A stretch of DNA of 44,112 nt from an uncultured virus (IMG/VR IMGVR_UViG_3300012274_000057) (lineage: Duplodnaviria; Heunggongvirae; Uroviricota; Caudoviricetes), in IMG/VR virus record IMGVR_UViG_3300012274_000057, positions 186,001-230,112 of that record; one strand, written 5' to 3'. The translations under genes and the position numbers were made by a program. The notes under the pieces were generated by a model, which was given only the letters and a program-made list of their open reading frames with translations, had not been told where the DNA came from and made no database searches. This document shows, piece after piece, positions 19,519 through 27,355 of the stretch (its first letter is position 1; every line of letters starts with the position of its first letter).

Positions 19519-19530
19519 AACTTTATAGTA
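19519..19530 (+). promoter_or_regulatory. AACT-N6-TA promoter variant
   Basis: AACT-TTATAG-TA directly before RBS AAGGGGA of sbcC. Confidence 0.45.
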
Positions 19531-19545
19531 AAAGGGGATGATTTT

Positions 19546-22254
19546 ATGAGAATTTTATATATGAAGCTTAAAGGATATATAGGTATATATAATGGTTTAG
19601 GATTAGACGAAATAGAAATAGATTTTTCTAAATGTAAAAATAAGATATTAGTAATTAAAGGGAGCAATGGTTCTGGTAAATCTACATTATGGAAAGCAAT
19701 GTCCCATTTACCAGATTCAAATGATCAATTTATACCAAACAAATCAGCATATAAAATATTTATGTTAGAGGATAATGGTATTGTATATAAATTTAAACTG
19801 ATACACGATGTAAAAGTAAATGGTGATAGGCAAACGACCAAAGCATATATAACCAAAGCCTTGCCAGATGGTACTGTATTAGAATTAAATCCAAATGGAA
19901 ATATTAGTAGTTTTAAAGAAATATCTGAATCTGAATTATGCTTGGATGCTAATTTTATAGCATTATCTCAACTCAGTTCATCAGATAGGGGTTTGGCTGA
20001 TAAAAAACCTAGTGAAAGAAAGAAATTCATTGGTAATATTGTTGAAAATATTCAAGTTTATAATAATATGAATAAAACACTAACAAAACGTGGTTCTGTA
20101 TTTAAATCTATGGTAAATAGTTTAATAGGTAAAATAAATAATATAGGAGATGAAGAAGCGTTAAAGAATACATTAGTTTCAATAGAAAATAGAATAAATA
20201 AATTGAATGAGAAAAAAGAATTATGTATTCAAGTAATAGCTAATAATAGATCCAAAGTACAACTACTCGATCCAGATGGGTCTATTCAGGAGTCATATCA
20301 GTCTATATACAATAAACTTGTTAAATGTGATGAAGAATATAAAGAATCCATTGAGAGAATAAATGTATATTTACCCAAAATAGGTTTAAATGAATTAGAT
20401 GAAAATAAGATAAGATCAATTTATAATAATACTAAAAAGGAAATAGATAATTTACTTTTGTTTATAAGAGTTACAGAATCGGATATAAATTCATTATTAA
20501 ATAAGCGAGAAGAAGAAGCTAAAACAATACAATCTAAATCAGCTAAATTGCAATCACTAGAAATGGATATTAATTATAAAGATTTATTAAACTTTATGGA
20601 AGTATGTAACAATAATATTTCTAATTACAATAAGATAATAGATGATATAGGAATAAAAGATATCAATGTTATATCTAAAGAAGAATTTATAATAGGGCTT
20701 AATACACTTAAGGAAGTAAAAGAAATATTGGATATATTTAAATCGTATAGTGATGTATCTATAGTAAATAAATCTATACAATATATCAAGTCTGAAACAT
20801 ATCCAGAGGTAGAAAATATAAGACAAGAAATAGATACATTAAAGGAATTAGTTCAAACTAAATCATCAGATATTCAGTATTATAATCTTCTTAAACAAAC
20901 GTCTAATAAATTAAATCTTCGACCTAGTAATTGTAAGATAGATACCTGTGAATTTATTAAAGATGCAGTAGATGCATTCAAAATGGAACCTGATAAAAAT
21001 ATAGATTTAATTACTTCTACTATACAAGAAACTACTAATACAATAAATGTAAAACTCAAAGAATTAGATGAAAATGTTGCTATAGTGGAATGTATAAACT
21101 ATATAAAAAGCATACTAAGAAATTTAAATAAACATGCATCTATATTAAATAAATTACCAGTAGAAAGTATTTATTTTAATAATGAATTATTTCTAAATGC
21201 TTTATCTAATAATTATAAGTTTGACGAAATAGATACTCTGTATAGGTATATAGAATATGCTAATATAATAGAAGAATATAAAATACAGGTTAACAAATTA
21301 GATAGACTTAATAAAGATTATGAAATATATCAAAGCAAAAATGATATAATAAATGAAATAATAAGTGACATAGATAGTTTAAACGATAGACTGAGATCTA
21401 TTACTATAAAAATTGATGAAAGTAAAGATGAATTGTTAAAATCTAAAGTTATACTATCTAAGCATAAACAAATATTAGGCGATTGTGAATTTATATTAGA
21501 ATTATTATACAAGAAAAAAGAAATAGAGAATGATAAAAATATATTAATTTCTAATTTTAACTCAATTAAAACTAATATAACTATTATTAAAGAATGCATA
21601 TCTAATATAAATTTAAATGAAGCCGAATTAAACAAGATTAATTCTGAAATAAACCCTATAATATTAGAAAGAGATACTATAAAGCATGGATTATCATTAC
21701 TTTCAGAATATAATCAAGAGATGGAGATATATTCAAATAAGTTTAATAAAGTAGAAGTGATTAAAAAACATTCATCTCCTACTAAAGGTATACAAACATT
21801 GTTTATAAATATGTATATGAATAAGACATTAGTAATGGCTAATGAATTACTTCAATTAATGTTTGGAGGAGAATTTATTCTAGGTAACTATATTATAAAT
21901 GAAGATGAATTTAAGATACCATGTATAGGTGAAGGTATTCCAAATGACGATATATCGTCTATGTCCACAAGTCAAATATGTATGATATCGATGATACTAT
22001 CTTTTGTATTACTTCAACAATCTTCTACTAAATATAATATATTAAAGCTAGATGAGATAGATGGTGGATTGGACACTGTTAATAGAATTAGGTTTATTAC
22101 AGTATTATTTAAGCTTATAGATGTATTTAATATAGAGCAATCTATAATGATATCTCATAACAATGAACTTAATTTAGATGATTGTGATCTTATTCTTTTA
22201 AAAATGCCAGAAGGGGACACTGTAAATGGTGGAAATGTAATATATAAATATTAA
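19546..22254 (+). CDS. sbcC: SbcC/Rad50-family SMC-like ATPase
   Basis: Walker A GSNGSGKST, long coiled coils, central CKIDTC (hook-like), signature SMSTSQ, Walker B LKLDEIDGGLD, ISH. Confidence 0.92.
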   Translation: MRILYMKLKGYIGIYNGLGLDEIEIDFSKCKNKILVIKGSNGSGKSTLWKAMSHLPDSNDQFIPNKSAYKIFMLEDNGIVYKFKLIHDVKVNGDRQTTKAYITKALPDGTVLELNPNGNISSFKEISESELCLDANFIALSQLSSSDRGLADKKPSERKKFIGNIVENIQVYNNMNKTLTKRGSVFKSMVNSLIGKINNIGDEEALKNTLVSIENRINKLNEKKELCIQVIANNRSKVQLLDPDGSIQESYQSIYNKLVKCDEEYKESIERINVYLPKIGLNELDENKIRSIYNNTKKEIDNLLLFIRVTESDINSLLNKREEEAKTIQSKSAKLQSLEMDINYKDLLNFMEVCNNNISNYNKIIDDIGIKDINVISKEEFIIGLNTLKEVKEILDIFKSYSDVSIVNKSIQYIKSETYPEVENIRQEIDTLKELVQTKSSDIQYYNLLKQTSNKLNLRPSNCKIDTCEFIKDAVDAFKMEPDKNIDLITSTIQETTNTINVKLKELDENVAIVECINYIKSILRNLNKHASILNKLPVESIYFNNELFLNALSNNYKFDEIDTLYRYIEYANIIEEYKIQVNKLDRLNKDYEIYQSKNDIINEIISDIDSLNDRLRSITIKIDESKDELLKSKVILSKHKQILGDCEFILELLYKKKEIENDKNILISNFNSIKTNITIIKECISNINLNEAELNKINSEINPIILERDTIKHGLSLLSEYNQEMEIYSNKFNKVEVIKKHSSPTKGIQTLFINMYMNKTLVMANELLQLMFGGEFILGNYIINEDEFKIPCIGEGIPNDDISSMSTSQICMISMILSFVLLQQSSTKYNILKLDEIDGGLDTVNRIRFITVLFKLIDVFNIEQSIMISHNNELNLDDCDLILLKMPEGDTVNGGNVIYKY

Positions 22255-22428
22255 CATAATGATAAGAAGAAGTTCGGTTTACTACACTTTATGTGTATTT
22301 ATATATAGGGCATGTAAGAGTGTTCTTCGTGCCCATCTTTTCATAAATAAATTTCCACCTTAAATATTTATTATTATATCTAACGTGTTGTGACAAAAAA
22401 GAAGAGGATTAATTTCCTCTTCTTTTTA
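22253..22428 (+). ncRNA. candidate structured non-coding RNA
   Basis: AACA-TAATGA-TA promoter 22253-22264, no RBS-led ORF, GC-rich hairpin GGGCATG..CGTGCCC, terminator 22396-22428. Confidence 0.4.
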
Positions 22429-22483
22429 CTTTTTATATAATATTAAACAAATAAGTAAATATAATCCAAGGGGGATGTAAGAA

Positions 22484-22804
22484 ATGAATGATAAACAAAA
22501 ATTATTAAGATTATGTAGAATATGGAATAGTCAACATGAGGAGAAATTCCATATTAATCTAATAAACAATTATGAGGATTTTAGTATATTATTTGGTTCA
22601 AGAATAAGAGGAGTATATAAAGGAATATTTGGGAGATTCACAATATTAAGAGACAATAGAACCGTTTACATTGGCGATAGAGTAGATGATTTTATATATA
22701 TTATAAGTACAGCTTTGATTAGAAAAAATACAGATCTAATTCATTTATTAATGATAGAAAAAATTTTTACAATAAATACTGAGCAAGTTTGTTTCAATAA
22801 TTAA
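22484..22804 (+). CDS. hypothetical protein
   Basis: RBS AGGGGGA; AACA-N6-TA at 22446-22457. Confidence 0.7.
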   Translation: MNDKQKLLRLCRIWNSQHEEKFHINLINNYEDFSILFGSRIRGVYKGIFGRFTILRDNRTVYIGDRVDDFIYIISTALIRKNTDLIHLLMIEKIFTINTEQVCFNN

Positions 22805-22824
22805 AATAAAAGGAGAGATTAATT

Positions 22825-23571
22825 ATGAAATTCGATACACCTGTAAAAATTAAATTAGCTACGAAGTTTGGAGCTAAAAATAGAAATAATGTGGTTATGT
22901 TTAGGGAACAATATGAAAATGTTATAAAAAATGACAATATTATAAAAGGAGTTAATGAGACAGGCTATTTATATATTTATGATAGATCTATAGTAGATAC
23001 TAAAGAATATAGGGATAATGAATTTTCAGGAGCAGACATTAAATATATTGTAGGTAAATTAAAGAGTTTAGATGATATAGACTTAGATAATATGACAATG
23101 CTAATATATTTTGATAAAGAATATATAGATACATTAGGCGATTTATCAAAATATGTAATAGATATGCATTATTATGCAAAGTGCCATTGGCATAATAATA
23201 TAAATATAATAAGTGATATCTCTATGCTTAAATGCTATACAATGTCATTAGAAGCTCTTTCTGCATATCATGGTGTAGATGTAATCTATCTTGATATAGA
23301 CAAAAGATTAACGCATCTTGCTGGTTATAGATTAGGTAGGTCTATTTATAATGAACAAATTAAGGATAAGATTAATGAAAATAATTATTTAAGTATAGTA
23401 TTTCCTGATCATGTAGAAAATATTTTTCGTTCATTTATATTTGGTTTAACTGATAATATCGGTATGAGCTATGAATTGGAGGGATTATCGCTTATAGGAA
23501 AGAGTACTAAAATAATAGATAGTTTTGAAAAACACAAACAAAATGATAAAATGTTAGTAACAGAGGTATAG
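22825..23571 (+). CDS. hypothetical protein
   Basis: RBS AGGAG; terminator 23562-23602. Confidence 0.75.
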   Translation: MKFDTPVKIKLATKFGAKNRNNVVMFREQYENVIKNDNIIKGVNETGYLYIYDRSIVDTKEYRDNEFSGADIKYIVGKLKSLDDIDLDNMTMLIYFDKEYIDTLGDLSKYVIDMHYYAKCHWHNNINIISDISMLKCYTMSLEALSAYHGVDVIYLDIDKRLTHLAGYRLGRSIYNEQIKDKINENNYLSIVFPDHVENIFRSFIFGLTDNIGMSYELEGLSLIGKSTKIIDSFEKHKQNDKMLVTEV

Positions 23572-23606
23572 GAATTCCTATACCTCTCTCTTTATTTTTT
23601 TTAAGA

Positions 23607-23652
23607 GCTTGTACATTTTTACAGTATACAAAACATTAAAATATTAATATTT
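23607..23652 (+). repeat. dispersed 46-bp repeat, copy 1
   Basis: 41/46 identical to 44040-44085. Confidence 0.85.
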
Positions 23653-23768
23653 TAATAATATTTAATTAAAAATTTATATACAAAATATAATGTCTTTACA
23701 AGACAGATGAGCGGGTTGTCTAATCTTACGAAGTGAGATTATTTGAGAAAGAGAAGAATAGTATTATA

Positions 23769-24050
23769 CTATTCTTCTAATTTATTCAACATATCTCTAA
23801 ACTTTCTTTCATATTTATGTGTACATACTCTAAGTATAGAAGTTAATACTCTTTTATTATTCTCTAAATGAGTACTCTTACTAGGAAATTTACCTTCTAA
23901 GCAACAGTATATAATAATTTTTGCTAGATTAAAATTGGGAACGTGTGTATGACCTTTAATAAATTCTTTATTTTTATTTATTACTAAAAAAGACTTATCA
24001 TTCATTTTAATTATTCTATAATTTTTATTACAGAAAACACAGTTGCCCAT
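23769..24050 (-). CDS. basic hypothetical protein
   Basis: 93-aa ORF, RBS AAGGGGAG, CVFC and GHTH. Confidence 0.7.
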   Translation of the reverse strand: MGNCVFCNKNYRIIKMNDKSFLVINKNKEFIKGHTHVPNFNLAKIIIYCCLEGKFPSKSTHLENNKRVLTSILRVCTHKYERKFRDMLNKLEE

Positions 24051-24065
24051 AATACTATCTCCCTT

Positions 24066-25022
24066 CTAATATTCTGCTAATCTATTATCATTTACTACTA
24101 TTAATGGATAAGTAATATCTAAGTTAGTATTCCTTGCAATACCATTTCTTTTATCGATAGATAAATCATCTATAAACATAGAATCTGGTTTAGTTACATT
24201 AGGAACACTCTCTCCTGTAGTTACATCCATTACATCAAACCATCTTTGACCTGTAGAACCATCGTATACTACTACAGTCTTTATATTACTGTCTTGTTCT
24301 AATCTCATCATATTTTGAGCTGGTGACATGTTTTGAGCATAATTTGCATAAGGATCTTCTTGAGCTATACCAGTTCTAATTATATTAGATGCAGAAATAG
24401 GACTTGTAAAATCTGCTACATTCATTGGTATAGTTGGTCCATTATAAGTTCCCGATGGTGTATTAATATATGCTTGATATAAGTCCATAATTCTCTTATC
24501 ATCATCAACTTTATCTTCAGACATTTTGAGGTCTTTAATTCTTTTCATGTCCAAGTTATGACAATCTGTAATAGTTTTATTTAATTCTCTAATTGCTGTA
24601 ACCTTTGTTCCTATTAGTGTACTAGCAGTACTAGTAAGCATAGCAATATAATCATATTTCTTTTTTAATGTTTTAGAACCTTTAATCAAATCCAATTCAG
24701 TTTTAATATCATTTTGAAACACATCTATTTGTGCTACAGAATTTCTAAGCAAATTATTTGTTTCTGAATAACTTTCTAAATATGGTTGATTAGATTGGTA
24801 TAAAGGTAAATCAGATTCATCTTGATTTGCTAATATTATATCGTTTCCATCACTTAACCTCTTAGTTGATACTGACTTACCTTTCTTTTTCTTCTTTGTA
24901 GAAAGGTCCATATCTGAACCTATCAAATCTAATGGAATAGGCTCTGCCTCTGTTGTAAAGAAATCAAAGTTTACTCCACTAGAACCCCCTTTTTCTTCTT
25001 TAAAAGTAACCATTTTCTTCAT
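24066..25022 (-). CDS. hypothetical protein
   Basis: RBS AGGAGG; AACA-TTCCAA-TA promoter at 25054-25043; starts MKKMVTFK. Confidence 0.8.
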   Translation of the reverse strand: MKKMVTFKEEKGGSSGVNFDFFTTEAEPIPLDLIGSDMDLSTKKKKKGKSVSTKRLSDGNDIILANQDESDLPLYQSNQPYLESYSETNNLLRNSVAQIDVFQNDIKTELDLIKGSKTLKKKYDYIAMLTSTASTLIGTKVTAIRELNKTITDCHNLDMKRIKDLKMSEDKVDDDKRIMDLYQAYINTPSGTYNGPTIPMNVADFTSPISASNIIRTGIAQEDPYANYAQNMSPAQNMMRLEQDSNIKTVVVYDGSTGQRWFDVMDVTTGESVPNVTKPDSMFIDDLSIDKRNGIARNTNLDITYPLIVVNDNRLAEY

Positions 25023-25075
25023 GTATAAAACCTCCTTCTAATTATTGGAATGTTTTACAATTTAATTTCCATTAT

Positions 25076-25089
25076 AATTATATATTATA
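25076..25089 (+). promoter_or_regulatory. putative early promoter
   Basis: AATTATATATTATA exact match. Confidence 0.6.
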
Positions 25090-25148
25090 ATATTGATAGT
25101 AATATGAACTATCAATACTGTATTTTAAATAAAAGGAGACGATTAATT

Positions 25149-25508
25149 ATGATTAAAATTGGAAATGAATGGATTGAAGAAAGTGAAGAATTTAAAAATG
25201 AAAAAAGATATTTATGTGTACAAGAAGATAAACTAGAAGAAATAACAAATTACATGGATGAAGGAAAAATAGAATATGAAAAGGCATCTATATATGAATT
25301 TGCAGCTAAAGAGAGAACTAAAACTCTATTTATAACTATCGATAATACAGATAAAGTATCAAAAGAACAACGTGATTTTTATTATAAAGAATTATATAAA
25401 ACAATGAGGGATGAGGTTAAATTGACCACTCCATTATTACTGGAATTTTGTCCTCAAGATGAAAATGATATTAACGGTATCGACTATATTAATGAAGATT
25501 TTAGATAG
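25149..25508 (+). CDS. small acidic protein, paralog family A
   Basis: RBS AGGAG before 25149; N-terminus aligns with 26317 ORF (IEYEKAS shared). Confidence 0.75.
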   Translation: MIKIGNEWIEESEEFKNEKRYLCVQEDKLEEITNYMDEGKIEYEKASIYEFAAKERTKTLFITIDNTDKVSKEQRDFYYKELYKTMRDEVKLTTPLLLEFCPQDENDINGIDYINEDFR

Positions 25509-25602
25509 AAAAATAAAAGTCAATCATGAAAGGAATATAAAATATAGGTTACTATTTTTGTAGTAACCTATTATTAATATTAAAAGTAAAGGGAGATTAA
25601 TT

Positions 25603-25740
25603 ATGGAAATAAAACAATATACAAATCTAAATGAAAAAGATAAAATAAAGGTTAAAAAGAATATTAAAGGAAAGGGATCGCCATATCTAATTCAAGGATT
25701 TATACATCCAATATCTAAATACTTATTTATAATAAAATAG
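25603..25740 (+). CDS. 45-aa basic small protein (not in ORF track)
   Basis: RBS AAGGGAG; MEIKQYTNLNEKDKIKVKKNIKGKGSPYLIQGFIHPISKYLFIIK. Confidence 0.5.
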   Translation: MEIKQYTNLNEKDKIKVKKNIKGKGSPYLIQGFIHPISKYLFIIK

Positions 25741-25756
25741 AAGGAAGGGTTTTATT

Positions 25757-25978
25757 ATGATTGTAAAAAAGATAACCATTACTAACGAGAGAGGTAAAAT
25801 AATAATGAATGAAGTTTTAGAAGAGAATGAACTTCCGTGTCTTTCAGATTTTGATGAGATATTTAGTAATAATGATACAGAAGGATGGATAAAATCCCTC
25901 CATTATGACATATTAAGAAATTTATTAGAAGAAAATCGCATTGATTATTCTGTATTATTTATAGATACAGAAATATAA
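25757..25978 (+). CDS. small acidic protein
   Basis: RBS GGAAGGG; 73 aa; LLEENRIDY resembles family A. Confidence 0.7.
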   Translation: MIVKKITITNERGKIIMNEVLEENELPCLSDFDEIFSNNDTEGWIKSLHYDILRNLLEENRIDYSVLFIDTEI

Positions 25979-25998
25979 ATAAAGGGGAGATATTTATT

Positions 25999-26313
25999 AT
26001 GACAAAATATATAGGATTAAAAGAACAAGAATTATTAGAAGAAGCAGTTGGCTTATTAAAAGAAACTGGAATCGATTGTGAAGCAAAAAGTGCAATGCAG
26101 TGGATTATAGAAGAACAAGCAGATGATTTAGCATCGCAACAAATAGAAATGAATGATGAAGTAAAAAATAATTTTAAGAATCATCTTCTATTAGCTCTTG
26201 AAAATGAAGAGTATAATGGAGAAGGGTTACTAAATGATGATATAATCCAAGAAGTATATAATAATACAAGAGAGCAATTCGATATTATAGACTCTATTAT
26301 TGAGGAGGAATAA
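25999..26313 (+). CDS. small very acidic protein, likely family A paralog
   Basis: KYIGLKEQELLEEAVGLLKETGIDCEAKS aligns with QYITVQPENLNKVTSFLEENNIEYEKAS. Confidence 0.75.
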   Translation: MTKYIGLKEQELLEEAVGLLKETGIDCEAKSAMQWIIEEQADDLASQQIEMNDEVKNNFKNHLLLALENEEYNGEGLLNDDIIQEVYNNTREQFDIIDSIIEEE

Positions 26314-26316
26314 TGT

Positions 26317-26679
26317 ATGATTAGAATACAAAATCATTATATAGAACAAGATGAGAGATTTAAAACATTGCAACAATATATAACAGTGCAGCCCGAAAAT
26401 TTGAATAAAGTAACTTCATTCTTAGAGGAAAATAATATAGAATATGAAAAAGCTTCTCTTTCTGAACATGTGTGCAATTCATTAGCAGAAGATCTTACAC
26501 ATGAAAGACTTGATGAAGAAACTATAACTAAACAAGAAATGGGGGAATTTCATGAAAATATATATAAGGCAATGATAAAAAATGTATTTTCGGAGGATAA
26601 TTATAATCCTTATAATTATAATTTTGGATATGATATGGAATTGGTTTTAGAAAAGGAGAGAAGTGAAAAATGGAAATAA
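26317..26679 (+). CDS. small acidic protein, paralog family A
   Basis: RBS GAGGAGG; paralogous to 25149 ORF. Confidence 0.75.
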   Translation: MIRIQNHYIEQDERFKTLQQYITVQPENLNKVTSFLEENNIEYEKASLSEHVCNSLAEDLTHERLDEETITKQEMGEFHENIYKAMIKNVFSEDNYNPYNYNFGYDMELVLEKERSEKWK

Positions 26680-26987
26680 TGAAAAGAACAACTGATAGAG
26701 GGTTTGATATTATCGAATTCAAAGATTGGTATAATCATTCATGTAGTATTCAGAGAAGTTCATCACAAACAATAGATTCCAATGAGGAAAAAGAAACTAT
26801 ATGGTTTGGCATCAATGATGCTGAACCAATAATACTAGCTAGTAAAATAATTAAAGGGGGCACTGGATGGGCTAGTTATCCTATACCTGATGATGTATTT
26901 ATACCAACTCGTATGCATTTAACTAGGGAACAAGTAAAAGAATTGATACCTATATTACAAAAGTTTGTAGATGAGGGCGAGATATAA
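26670..26987 (+). CDS. hypothetical phage protein
   Basis: RBS AAGGAG; TDRGF..EFKD.Y...CSIQ.SS and TRMHLTREQV. Confidence 0.75.
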   Translation: MEIMKRTTDRGFDIIEFKDWYNHSCSIQRSSSQTIDSNEEKETIWFGINDAEPIILASKIIKGGTGWASYPIPDDVFIPTRMHLTREQVKELIPILQKFVDEGEI

Positions 26988-27230
26988 AGATACTTGATAA
27001 ATTTATTGAAAACTTCGTTTGTATAAATACACTTATTAGGTTATGGACCTCACGAAAGTGGACATAAAATGCTATGAGAACAAAATAAAGAAGTATGTAT
27101 GGAATGGGAATTATTAAAGAATAAAGTATGGCAATCTAAGTATAGAGATTGTAAAGTTATTGAAGTGACTGATATCTTAACAGAAACTACTAAAGAAGCA
27201 GTAAATAAAGTAATATATCTACAGGAGTAG
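26987..27230 (+). pseudogene. probable degraded small gene
   Basis: AAG in place of a TAATG-coupled start, a frameshift near 27050 and an in-frame TGA near 27075 interrupt ILDKFIENFVCINTLIRLWT/GHKML*EQNKEVCMEWELLKNKVWQSKY..; fills the gap before terminator 27248-27288. Confidence 0.45.
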
Positions 27231-27355
27231 GATTTTCACTATACTGTAAATAAACTAGCATTAATCGTGCTAGTTTATTTTTTATTTTGTATGCAACATA
27301 TATATAATGCGTAAAGTGACCACTAAAGGTTAATAAGGAAGAAAGAAGTGATTTT

